Below, piece after piece: positions 1 through 7,665 of a stretch of DNA of 64,000 bases. Numbering within the stretch: position 1 is the stretch's first letter; each line of letters opens with the position of its first letter. The position numbers were made by a program, and so were the translations under genes. The notes under the pieces are model-generated. The model saw only the letters and a program-made list of their open reading frames with translations, was not told the origin of the DNA and searched no databases. The stretch comes from Enterobacter phage vB_Ent31: sequence record OR567511.1; one strand, written 5' to 3'.

Positions 1-4
1 ATAC

Positions 5-316
5 TCATACCTTTTCCTCTAAGAAGTCAGACAGTTTAAAATCTTTACGGTCCATCAGACCATAGTGAATGTTCTTCAGCGTATCATACATGTCCCAGTA
101 CTTTTCTTTTAGCATATTACCAAATGGCGGAATGTAAAGCTTATCCCATTTAGCAGCTAACTGGCCGTTGCGTAGTTCTCCTGGAACATTTTCAACGATA
201 CGTAAAACTTTAGTTGCAACCTCATAATCAGACGGTGCAAACCATCCCCAATTATGATGCACTGAACCGTTAATTTCGCCATTCAGCGAAGTAAAAATTG
301 TAGCTGGACAACTCAT
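5..316 (-). CDS. hypothetical protein; the reading frame runs off the window start, so the 3' end is truncated
   Basis: Open frame continues to the window edge with no stop. Start is ATGA-coupled to the next ORF. Confidence 0.4.
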   Translation of the reverse strand: MSCPATIFTSLNGEINGSVHHNWGWFAPSDYEVATKVLRIVENVPGELRNGQLAAKWDKLYIPPFGNMLKEKYWDMYDTLKNIHYGLMDRKDFKLSDFLEEKV

Positions 317-675
317 CGTTCACCTCTAATACCTTGAATGAAATTTAAAGCATCTTCACCTGGTGGAATTTCTTTAGGCTTAGATTTACGTTTAAAAAGT
401 TTCCATTCTTTCTTTTGGTCAAAAGTTCTTCGTTGAACCTGACCAAGATAAAATAACCACTTTCCAATCCAGTAGAATGGAGTTAAAATTCCGGCCATCC
501 AACCGACGAAAAGTAATTGTTCTCCATACAGAGGACTAAAGAAGTACAATCCCCAATATAAACCAAATCCATTAAGCATTGTGAACATGAAGCAAATAAT
601 TATAGTGCAAACAGCCCATCCGAAATTATCATATGAACCAGCGTCTTGAAATCCGCGAAATAATGTTTTAATCAT
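313..675 (-). CDS. small hydrophobic/membrane protein (120 aa)
   Basis: Translation is rich in W/F/L/G transmembrane-like segments. Its stop overlaps the downstream gene start. Confidence 0.5.
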   Translation of the reverse strand: MIKTLFRGFQDAGSYDNFGWAVCTIIICFMFTMLNGFGLYWGLYFFSPLYGEQLLFVGWMAGILTPFYWIGKWLFYLGQVQRRTFDQKKEWKLFKRKSKPKEIPPGEDALNFIQGIRGER

Positions 676-1010
676 CGTTTAACCCTGCATCTGGAGATAA
701 AGTTCTCTAAATTTTGTTTGCTATCATAAGCAGCTTTGGCTTTAGTAAACAGTTTAACATGAATTTTACAGTAGCACCACTTAATAAAAGAAGCTAAAAC
801 GATTACAACGAATAATGAACCTAAAGCACTTAGTGGCACAGAGATAATCATTTCGGCTACAAATCCATTGAACCACCAAACTGCAAAATTTGTTAAGAAA
901 ACAGTAAGTATAATAATTGCCCAACAAACATTGTTCTCGTATTTCGACTTGAATCTGTCAGCAATTTCTCGTTCAAAATATCTGATACCCATTCTAGGAT
1001 TGTATTTCAT
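672..1010 (-). CDS. small membrane protein (112 aa)
   Basis: Two predicted transmembrane helices (AIIILTVFLTNFAVWWF..., LGSLFVVIVLASFIKW). Translationally coupled to its neighbours. Confidence 0.5.
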   Translation of the reverse strand: MKYNPRMGIRYFEREIADRFKSKYENNVCWAIIILTVFLTNFAVWWFNGFVAEMIISVPLSALGSLFVVIVLASFIKWCYCKIHVKLFTKAKAAYDSKQNLENFISRCRVKR

Positions 1011-1347
1011 TTTTACCTCGGCATTCCGTAATAAATTCTTCTGATTCTCGGATTATTCTATTACGAAGAACTTTAGCGTTCTGTTCAGCTAAACGTTTAT
1101 TTTCTGGTCGCATCACCCACCAAATTGCGATGTCTTTAGATTTTCCGTGAGACCAAAGTAAAATTGGAATAGAAAGAAGCATTGATACTACAACCCAAAC
1201 AGGAGCATATACTCCGTCATTAAGTATTAAAGCAGGAACAAAAATTAAAAGCGTCGCTATTGAACTAAAAGCCAAAAATACCAACATAAACAAAAATTCC
1301 GCTTTTGCTGCAAGCTCTCTTAATTCACTTTTTGGTTGATATCCCAT
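994..1347 (-). CDS. small membrane protein (117 aa)
   Basis: Hydrophobic helices (LFMLVFLAFSSIATLLIFVPALIL, VVVSMLLSIPILLW). Overlaps its neighbours. Confidence 0.5.
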   Translation of the reverse strand: MGYQPKSELRELAAKAEFLFMLVFLAFSSIATLLIFVPALILNDGVYAPVWVVVSMLLSIPILLWSHGKSKDIAIWWVMRPENKRLAEQNAKVLRNRIIRESEEFITECRGKNEIQS

Positions 1348-1349
1348 GA

Positions 1350-1724
1350 TTATTTCCTCGCTCTACGGCAATCGTCAATAAAGCTTTCAAACCGTTTAGC
1401 TTTACCAAGCTTTGACACTATTCTATTTCTTCGCATGCCAATTAAGGTTTGTGCAATAAAATTAGCAAATTCACCAATCAACATAACAATGATACCAAAC
1501 ATTCCCCAACCAAAGCATGTGAACGCAGCCATTGCTCCAGCAGAGTCAGCTCTTTCTTCTTTTGGAAGATTTGTGATATCAGACCAACCTAAAAATACAA
1601 TAATTCCGTATAGTGTCCATGCTATGCACCAGCAGAGCTTTTCATTTTTAGTCAAAATATATCTGACTTTGGTTGAAAGAGAATCCGTTTTAGCAATTTT
1701 AGCTTTAAGTTCAGTTGAATTCAT
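1350..1724 (-). CDS. small membrane protein (124 aa)
   Basis: Hydrophobic helices (LCWCIAWTLYGIIVFLGW, GWGMFGIIVMLIGEF). An intergenic hairpin lies at 1741-1757. Confidence 0.5.
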   Translation of the reverse strand: MNSTELKAKIAKTDSLSTKVRYILTKNEKLCWCIAWTLYGIIVFLGWSDITNLPKEERADSAGAMAAFTCFGWGMFGIIVMLIGEFANFIAQTLIGMRRNRIVSKLGKAKRFESFIDDCRRARK

Positions 1725-1757
1725 TTTATTTTCCTCATAGGGCCCTAAGGCCCTTTA

Positions 1758-2675
1758 TCATTTAAAAGGGCGAATCATATCAAAGTTTTGTTTAAAGCGT
1801 TTGACATAATCTGTCTTTCCGAGTTTCTTATGCATTGCAACTATCTTATGGTAGTTTTCCCATGCATATTCACGGAACCATCCAGATGTAATGCTAGTAC
1901 AAACTTTTTCCAAAGCGTACATAAATGAACCGGTAGGGTCTGGATTGAAATTGTTTGGAATTTGATGACGTTCTAAAGCAAGTACGCAAGTTTCTTCATA
2001 TACACCTGCAAGCTTGAGTTCTTCAGGAAGAGAATCGAACTTCTCTTTTGAAGTCATTACTTCAGAGCCATCTTTCATGTAGAAAGTATAAGCAGGACGG
2101 CCAGCTAAGGCTACTGCTTCATGAATTGAATCATGGTCGTAGATATAAAAATCATCTTTAAAGAAAGAATCTTTATCTACATCCAGATTAGGATGAGAAT
2201 ATGCTAACGTTTCTTTCTGGCGCAGTTCAGAAATCTTTTTCAGACCATGGTCTAAAACAATTCCTTTATTACGCAAGAAACGAATATGATGCATAGTCTT
2301 TTGGAAGAAACGAGTGTTCTTCTTGAAGCGGTGAGATAACTTAATAGCTAAGCACATCTCGGGAGTTGCCCAGTACATCTGAGACAGCGCATCATAGCAG
2401 CCCCGGAACAGCGCGTAATTTGCAAGCATTTCAGATGAAGTATTTTCATCATATTCAAAAATGTATGCCTCAAAGTAAGTCTCACGACCATTATGCATGC
2501 ATTTGAAAGCTTGTACATTAGGGGATTGAACTTCAACCTCTGTTCCATTCATGCGGTTTTTGAAATGAAGCCATTCGCCTGGAGATGCGATGAAGTCCCA
2601 ATCAGAATTCTTAACATCACTATACTCAATGAGTCCATGATGATGAAGCGCTCGAGAACCAATAACCAGCAACAT
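1758..2675 (-). CDS. hypothetical protein (305 aa)
   Basis: Long uninterrupted ORF. No family recognised by eye. Confidence 0.55.
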   Translation of the reverse strand: MLLVIGSRALHHHGLIEYSDVKNSDWDFIASPGEWLHFKNRMNGTEVEVQSPNVQAFKCMHNGRETYFEAYIFEYDENTSSEMLANYALFRGCYDALSQMYWATPEMCLAIKLSHRFKKNTRFFQKTMHHIRFLRNKGIVLDHGLKKISELRQKETLAYSHPNLDVDKDSFFKDDFYIYDHDSIHEAVALAGRPAYTFYMKDGSEVMTSKEKFDSLPEELKLAGVYEETCVLALERHQIPNNFNPDPTGSFMYALEKVCTSITSGWFREYAWENYHKIVAMHKKLGKTDYVKRFKQNFDMIRPFK

Positions 2676-2704
2676 AATATTTTCCTCTTTAGAATGTAGA
2701 ACTA

Positions 2705-3100
2705 CTATAACACACTTGTCTGGTGTTGTAAACGGTTCTTTCTACACATTCGTATGAAGCCTTCAATGGGTTCTTCCAGTTCATTTCCATATGGGCTTTT
2801 CTTCCAATTCCAGCCGCCAAGTAAGTCAAAGATTTGGTCAGGAAGAGGGTCCCATGGATGTTCTCTTTCACGGAGTTGAAGCACAATATCACCGGCTGCT
2901 TCTCTAATTCCGGTATCGAGTTTTCCGTTACAAATCACAACATCCATAAGTACTGCAAGACAACAACTATCATGGCTTCCGTATTTGTTCGGATAATAGA
3001 AATAATGGTCAATGATGTAGCAGCAATTACGGTCTAAACCTTTCATAGTGTTCCTCCAGTGATTCTGGGGAAACTTTTCAGTCTCCCCATATATTACCAT
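2705..3100 (-). CDS. Cys-rich hypothetical protein (131 aa)
   Basis: ORF with CC...HD...CC clusters (possible metal site). No recognisable family. Confidence 0.45.
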   Translation of the reverse strand: MVIYGETEKFPQNHWRNTMKGLDRNCCYIIDHYFYYPNKYGSHDSCCLAVLMDVVICNGKLDTGIREAAGDIVLQLREREHPWDPLPDQIFDLLGGWNWKKSPYGNELEEPIEGFIRMCRKNRLQHQTSVL

Positions 3101-3333
3101 TAACAGCTGCTAGTGTACCACACAGAGCCGTCCTCGTTAACCCCAAAGGTCTCAGAGTTGCCTTCGCCATAACAATCGGAAGACATCCAATCATTAAAGG
3201 TCAGATATCCACCAGAAACTTCCATGCCGAAAGAAGCTTCACTTGCCATAGTTTCAAGTTTACCAAGAAGTTTAGCTACTTCAACTGCTACTTCTTCGAT
3301 TTCTTGACGTTTTTCTTCACGAGTTTTAGACAT
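3100..3333 (-). CDS. hypothetical protein (77 aa)
   Basis: ORF coupled to the upstream stop. Confidence 0.35.
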   Translation of the reverse strand: MSKTREEKRQEIEEVAVEVAKLLGKLETMASEASFGMEVSGGYLTFNDWMSSDCYGEGNSETFGVNEDGSVWYTSSC

Positions 3334-3341
3334 AATTTACC

Positions 3342-3626
3342 TTAGCACATATCAGAGGAAGAAAGCCAAACGCCTTCTACGAGTTTTTCATTTTCATCAA
3401 CTTCTACGCCGTCATAACCTACAAGCCAGTGAGCATCATAACCTACTGGATAGTAAGTACGACCACTTCCGTAATCACCGGTATTAAAAGTTAAACAATG
3501 CTCATCGGCGATAATTTCAGCAGCTTGCTCAACTTCTTCTGCTCGTTCCAGAAGTTTTGCAATAGCTGCCGCGGCAGATTTACGGTCATTGTATTCGGGA
3601 ATTTCAATCTGAATCACTTTGTTCAT
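3342..3626 (-). CDS. hypothetical protein; start moved to the internal Met (MNKVIQ...)
   Basis: The track ORF 3342..3680 overlaps the upstream gene by 76 nt. Using the internal ATG at 3626 avoids most of that overlap. Confidence 0.35.
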   Translation of the reverse strand: MNKVIQIEIPEYNDRKSAAAAIAKLLERAEEVEQAAEIIADEHCLTFNTGDYGSGRTYYPVGYDAHWLVGYDGVEVDENEKLVEGVWLSSSDMC

Positions 3627-4272
3627 TTCTTGTTCTCTTTGCAATCTGCCCACGGCAGTAGTTAATAAAATCGGAAACATCTGCTCCGATATGGCTTCCA
3701 GGAACCTGGAGTTTTTCTACAAGCTTATTCATTTCAGCTGAAAAATGCTTAACAAGATATTCTCGTGAAGGACCACGGAATGCTTGAGCCTCTTCAAGAA
3801 GATTGTTACAAATGAATGAGAAAATAAATTTTCCGCCGCGAGTATTGTAATGAACTTCAATAGCTCCGCAGAACCAATGGCCCATTGAATAACGAGTTCC
3901 TTCATCTTCTTTACGAACTTCAGAAGTCAAGTTATTCAACGAAATTGTTGAATAATGATACGAATATGCGCCTTTATAAGCGATACTACATCCGTCAGCG
4001 ATTAAAGCAGAAAGCATACGACGAGCATCTTTCAAGCTGTTGATGTAAACGTGACCTGGAACTTTTCGTTCTTTAAGCTGATGATCGTCCATACGCAAAG
4101 AACAATCATCATAAACTGGAGCTAAAGGTTCAATGATATTGATTAAGCGCTTTGGCATACCAGAATATTCTAATTGGCTACGAACATATTTCCCAAACTT
4201 ATTTCCAGTAGAAACTTTTGTATCTCCAGAATCTTTCTTCTTTGGTTCATGAAAATCATCATAAAAAGCCAT
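3604..4272 (-). CDS. hypothetical protein (222 aa)
   Basis: Long ORF. Terminator hairpin upstream at 4277-4316. Confidence 0.5.
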   Translation of the reverse strand: MAFYDDFHEPKKKDSGDTKVSTGNKFGKYVRSQLEYSGMPKRLINIIEPLAPVYDDCSLRMDDHQLKERKVPGHVYINSLKDARRMLSALIADGCSIAYKGAYSYHYSTISLNNLTSEVRKEDEGTRYSMGHWFCGAIEVHYNTRGGKFIFSFICNNLLEEAQAFRGPSREYLVKHFSAEMNKLVEKLQVPGSHIGADVSDFINYCRGQIAKRTRNEQSDSD

Positions 4273-4325
4273 AATGTTCTCCTCTTATTATCCCGAAAAC
4301 CGGGGATTTCTCCCCGGTGTATTTC

Positions 4326-4928
4326 TTAGCCTTTCAGACTTTCCAGATATTCCTGGAGGTCAGCGGTGGTGGTTTCAATACCGACCGGGGTGGTGTTGAA
4401 GGTATCAATACGAGACAGGGTAGTTTGTACATCAACTTTCATCAGGGATGCAGATTCAATGATATCTGCTACGTTGTCCAGACCCATGGAGTTGGCAGCA
4501 CGAGTTTCACGGATGTACTCGAGTTTCACCTTAAGGTCTTCACGCTGGTCGTCCAGAGCTACGACAGTATTTTCAATTTCAGTGAGCATCTGTGTCAGTT
4601 CAGTTGCTTTGTTACGCAGAGCTTCTGCGGTACGACGATACAGAAGACCAAGTTTAGCATGAGTCTGTACGTCAGCGTTAGGATTTTCAGCCAGAATCCG
4701 GCGAATTTCTTTTTCTTTGCTTTCAGCCTGTGCATCTTTTTCAGCAGCAGCTTTGGTTTTGTCGTTGATTTCGCGAGTAGCGGTCACATGACGAGTTTTC
4801 AGTTTGTGAACTTCAGAGATAATCTGCTCAGCAGCATGTGTCATCTGGTCTTCAACCGAAGTGTTTTTGGTCATGAAGGCACCCAGTTTAATGCGGATGA
4901 ATTCAACAATTTTCTTCAGAATAGCCAT
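4326..4928 (-). CDS. PspA/IM30 (phage-shock protein A / Vipp1 / ESCRT-III-like) coiled-coil protein
   Basis: 200 aa, almost entirely helical heptad-type sequence. The N-terminal amphipathic helix (MAILKKIVEFIRIKLGAF) and the E/K/R/Q-rich coiled coil resemble PspA. The assignment is by eye only. Confidence 0.45.
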   Translation of the reverse strand: MAILKKIVEFIRIKLGAFMTKNTSVEDQMTHAAEQIISEVHKLKTRHVTATREINDKTKAAAEKDAQAESKEKEIRRILAENPNADVQTHAKLGLLYRRTAEALRNKATELTQMLTEIENTVVALDDQREDLKVKLEYIRETRAANSMGLDNVADIIESASLMKVDVQTTLSRIDTFNTTPVGIETTTADLQEYLESLKG

Positions 4929-4982
4929 GTTTATTTCCTTTTTGTTTAGAGATTTGAATTTTATACTCTATGTTGTAAAGCA

Positions 4983-5183
4983 TTAAATTTTATCACCGAA
5001 GATAACTTCAGCGGTGCACCAGTGTGCATTAACATACTCAACGATATCAGTCATTTTCTTACTTTCAACGATGTTAGTTACGTGGTACTCGTGTTCGCCT
5101 CTATTGAGTATTGCTCGGAACTTCTCAAAGCGACCGAAATCATCAGTTATTTCATTAATGGTTACTGTATTGAATTTAACCAT
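4983..5183 (-). CDS. hypothetical protein (66 aa)
   Basis: Small ORF. A T4 early-type promoter (GTTTAC ... TATGATATTAT) lies upstream on the minus strand at 5221-5250. Confidence 0.3.
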   Translation of the reverse strand: MVKFNTVTINEITDDFGRFEKFRAILNRGEHEYHVTNIVESKKMTDIVEYVNAHWCTAEVIFGDKI

Positions 5184-5220
5184 GATTTATTCTCCGATTC
5201 AATTTTGTTTTGATGAGGTA

Positions 5221-5250
5221 ATAATATCATACTACCCCATCATTGTAAAC
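5221..5250 (-). promoter_or_regulatory. putative T4 early-type promoter (sigma70-like: GTTTAC -35, TATTAT -10)
   Basis: Minus strand reads GTTTACAATGATGGGGTAGTATGATATTATTAC, just upstream of the ORF start at 5183. Confidence 0.35.
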
Positions 5251-5254
5251 AATT

Positions 5255-5515
5255 TTATTTCATTCTGTTGAAATATTTTTCAGCTGCTTCGTCGTCTTTA
5301 TGGTAGGTCTTAGTCAAAGCTACCGGGCGAACGTTGAAAGTGTTAAGAGAATCGCGAGCAATCACGATAGTAAACCAACGGCCGTCATCATTACCTAAAG
5401 CAGCATAACGATAAGTGTCCCACACAAATTGCTTAATGCTTTTGATATCATTCAATGAATTAGCTAAATCTGAATGACCGTTCTTAGCAAGTTTTTCTAT
5501 GATGTTGTTGAACAT
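5255..5515 (-). CDS. hypothetical protein (86 aa)
   Basis: ORF only. Confidence 0.4.
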   Translation of the reverse strand: MFNNIIEKLAKNGHSDLANSLNDIKSIKQFVWDTYRYAALGNDDGRWFTIVIARDSLNTFNVRPVALTKTYHKDDEAAEKYFNRMK

Positions 5516-5666
5516 TTTCTTTACTCCATTTGTTTTTGATAGAGCTATAATAACACATCTAGAACCAATGTAAACGGCTGAGGCGAAAGATTTTAAAGAA
5601 GATATTTGGATTCACCAGAACGGTTGAGAGGAACTTTCTAGAAGAGAATGATTAAACCATTGACTA

Positions 5667-5703
5667 TGCATACAAAAATGCCCTGAGTGTCATAGAGATA
5701 CCC
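5667..5703 (-). terminator. rho-independent terminator at the distal end of the tRNA cluster
   Basis: Minus strand has a 9-bp stem AATGCCCTG/CAGGGCATT followed by TTTTTGT. Confidence 0.5.
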
Positions 5704-5737
5704 AGGGCATTAAAATTGTTGTATTTATATGCAACAA

Positions 5738-5759
5738 CGCCCCGTCCGAAGACAGGGCG
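5738..5759 (-). terminator. UUCG-tetraloop hairpin / terminator
   Basis: Minus strand reads CGCCCTGTC-TTCG-GACGGGGCG followed by TTGTTGC. It sits in tandem with the 5667-5703 terminator. Confidence 0.45.
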
Positions 5760-5962
5760 TAAGAATCGACAGCACCACCCACTGGCAGATGGTCTGCAGA
5801 TGTTCATTCCCAGCGACTCGGAGGCATCAGTCTCGCCACTGGAAATATAGCGCCGTGGAGGTTATGCTTGCGACAGGGAACAACCGACTAGCGGCAATGG
5901 AAAACCATTCTCTTCTAACACGACGTCTCAACGAGGGCATACGCAAGTTTCCCTTCGAATTT

Positions 5963-6037
5963 GGTGCCGATTGCAGGAGTCGAACCCGCGGCATCTTCAT
6001 TACAAGTGAAGCGCTCTACCAGCTGAGCTAAATCGGC
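5963..6037 (-). tRNA. tRNA-Thr (anticodon UGU)
   Basis: Reverse complement GCCGATT..CTTCA-CTTGTAA-TGAAG..GCGGG-TTCGACT-CCTGC-AATCGGC folds as a cloverleaf with a 7-nt loop. T4 also encodes tRNA-Thr. Confidence 0.75.
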
Positions 6038-6039
6038 TT

Positions 6040-6135
6040 AAGACGGAAATAAGGATTCGAACCTTATGTAGTTGCACAGACGTATCTGCCGTTGAATTCC
6101 TCACTAAGTTTAAGCAACTATTCCCGGGGTCTTAA
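6040..6135 (-). ncRNA. tRNA-like element; the acceptor stem cannot be resolved
   Basis: Has a perfect T-arm (ATAAGG-TTCGAAT-CCTTAT), but no 5' strand complementary to the 3' end was found. Possibly a class II tRNA or a stable RNA like T4 species 1/2 (rnaC/rnaD). Confidence 0.3.
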
Positions 6136-6140
6136 TTTGG

Positions 6141-6222
6141 TGCATCAAGAGGGATTCGAACCCTCAATCCTTTCGGCGGAAGATTTTAAGTCTTCTGTGT
6201 ATACCAGTTCCACCATTGATGC
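6141..6222 (-). tRNA. tRNA-Leu (anticodon UAA), class II with a long variable arm
   Basis: Acceptor GCATCAA/TTGATGC with TGG (CCA) encoded. Anticodon arm GAAGA-CTTAAAA-TCTTC. T-arm GAGGG-TTCGAAT-CCCTC. T4 also has Leu(UAA). Confidence 0.6.
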
Positions 6223-6231
6223 GAAATTTGG

Positions 6232-6313
6232 AGCTAGGAGTGAGATTCGAACTCACGAAGGGATACCCGGCGGATTTGCAATCCGCTGCCTTTGGCCACT
6301 CAGCAACCCTAGC
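6232..6313 (-). tRNA. class II-type tRNA with anticodon GCA (formally Cys); atypical
   Basis: Acceptor GCTAGGG/TCCTAGC. Perfect anticodon arm GCGGA-TTGCAAA-TCCGC. 13-nt variable region. T-arm GTGAG-TTCGAAT-CTCAC. Confidence 0.45.
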
Positions 6314-6320
6314 AAATTGG

Positions 6321-6395
6321 TCGAGGTAGAGGGATTCGAACCCGTCGACCTGTGGATTAGAAGTCCACTGCTCTATCCAGCTGAGCTATACCCCG
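6321..6395 (-). tRNA. tRNA-Arg (anticodon UCU)
   Basis: Acceptor CGGGGTA/TACCTCG with CCA encoded (6318-6320). Anticodon arm GTGGA-CTTCTAA-TCCAC. T-loop TTCGAAT. Confidence 0.7.
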
Positions 6396-6396
6396 A

Positions 6397-6523
6397 GTGT
6401 GTTCAGACAGGACTCGAACCTGTAAGCATGTTCTTGCGGCGTTTTACCACCATCGTCAGCGTATGATTCAATACGCGAACTCAAAAGGTGTTGGACCCCT
6501 TGTCTACCAATTTCAGCACTGAA
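6397..6523 (-). ncRNA. ~127-nt tRNA-like stable RNA candidate
   Basis: The 3' part has a T-arm (ACAGG-TTCGAGT-CCTGT) and acceptor strand CTGAACA. Its complement TGTTCAG lies about 120 nt upstream, which is too long for a tRNA. The size matches T4 species 1/2 RNAs (rnaC/rnaD). Confidence 0.3.
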
Positions 6524-6535
6524 CAACTTTATTTA

Positions 6536-6763
6536 TTACATATCAACTTGTGTAAACCAGTTGATTTTGAAATACTCATCAAAATGAAGAGCAGGCTCAA
6601 CTTGAGTATCCTCCTCAAGAAGAATTAAATTCTTTCTTACAAGAGGGTCAAGATGAGTTGTGTTTAAGCAACTATCATGCCAATATGTAAGTACTCTATT
6701 AGATTCGGCGGTATCAACAAGATAACGAACATTCATATCAGGATGTCGGTACAGATTAATCAT
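6536..6763 (-). CDS. hypothetical protein (75 aa)
   Basis: ORF only. Confidence 0.35.
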   Translation of the reverse strand: MINLYRHPDMNVRYLVDTAESNRVLTYWHDSCLNTTHLDPLVRKNLILLEEDTQVEPALHFDEYFKINWFTQVDM

Positions 6764-6766
6764 AAT

Positions 6767-7216
6767 CTATTTCTCTTGAAGCATTTTGCGTAAACGATAG
6801 AGCTGATTACAAAATTCTTTTTCAGTCAAAACTGTTTCGGAGATTTTGTTCTTGCCCATACTGTGAGTTAATGTTGCGTTACGAGTGGCAATTAATGCTT
6901 TTTGGAATCCAGTGTTTTGAGAAAGTGCATCATATGCTCCAGTTAAAAGATTCTGGTATGCTTCAGATGCTCGATGAATAGGAACACCCTTCCAATAAAG
7001 GGTTTGAGTAGGCCACCAACGTTTCTTCTTGCCTTTGAACTTTGCTGCCTTTCCAACTAAAGTGCAAACATGAGCTTGCATTTCAGGGTTAGAAAATTTG
7101 AGGGATTGTAAGAATCCCTCCATTGATGCACATTCTACATCATCGTAAACGAAAGCATGTGGTGCAAAGTTACTTAAAGCACAAGAAGGATATGAACTTC
7201 CAGAGCCAATGTCCAT
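6767..7216 (-). CDS. NADAR / YbiA-like (DUF1768) domain protein
   Basis: The N-terminal motif ALSNFAPHAFVYDDVECASMEGFLQSLKF matches the NADAR hallmark (SNF...F.YDGV.Y.S.EH.FQA.KF). Size is 149 aa. Confidence 0.5.
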   Translation of the reverse strand: MDIGSGSSYPSCALSNFAPHAFVYDDVECASMEGFLQSLKFSNPEMQAHVCTLVGKAAKFKGKKKRWWPTQTLYWKGVPIHRASEAYQNLLTGAYDALSQNTGFQKALIATRNATLTHSMGKNKISETVLTEKEFCNQLYRLRKMLQEK

Positions 7217-7447
7217 TTAATTACCGTGAGATATTCTAGAAGGTTTCTTACCAAAATAATATTCATATGAGCCATCTAAACGACCTGCTTTAGTGCGGCA
7301 ATATGAATCCCGTTTCTTATAATGCCGCCATTCATCATTGTATCTTGGACGACGGTCAGCGATTAAAATCTCTAATGGCCAACCAGGCGCAAAGGAACGG
7401 AGCCGTTCGACTTTTCTAATGTATCTTTTCTTTAAGATTTTCTTCAT
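7217..7447 (-). CDS. small basic hypothetical protein (76 aa)
   Basis: ORF only. Lys/Arg-rich. Confidence 0.35.
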   Translation of the reverse strand: MKKILKKRYIRKVERLRSFAPGWPLEILIADRRPRYNDEWRHYKKRDSYCRTKAGRLDGSYEYYFGKKPSRISHGN

Positions 7448-7665
7448 ATAGATTCCGACATTACGTGAGTAGTTCTCTTTCTGATTGTAAATTGAGTTAA
7501 TTCATCAACTTCACCACAACGCCAAGCGTCATCTTCAGTTTCAAAACCAAGAGCCTCAAATAGGTTACCTAAACGCCAACCTTCGTCAAACTCGGGGTCT
7601 CCTGAAAAATAGTAATAGTAATCGGCAGTTACTAAATCTTGAATTACAAAATCAAACTTTTCCAT
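7444..7665 (-). CDS. hypothetical acidic protein (73 aa)
   Basis: ORF with ATGA coupling. Confidence 0.35.
   Translation of the reverse strand: MEKFDFVIQDLVTADYYYYFSGDPEFDEGWRLGNLFEALGFETEDDAWRCGEVDELTQFTIRKRTTHVMSESI

Noticed and set aside
2348-2699. Small nested ORFs (66 aa minus, 68 aa plus) inside the 305-aa gene
   Set aside because: Fully contained within a longer, better-supported ORF in another frame.
4317-4949. 210-aa plus-strand ORF, and a nested 98-aa ORF at 4366..4662
   Set aside because: They run antisense to the better-supported PspA-like minus-strand gene, which has a terminator and consistent coiled-coil sequence. The plus-frame translation is low-complexity, and no other plus-strand genes occur in this region.
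5729-6466. Plus-strand ORFs 5729..6031 and 6092..6466
   Set aside because: They overlap minus-strand tRNA genes and terminator hairpins. They are spurious ORFs through structured-RNA DNA.
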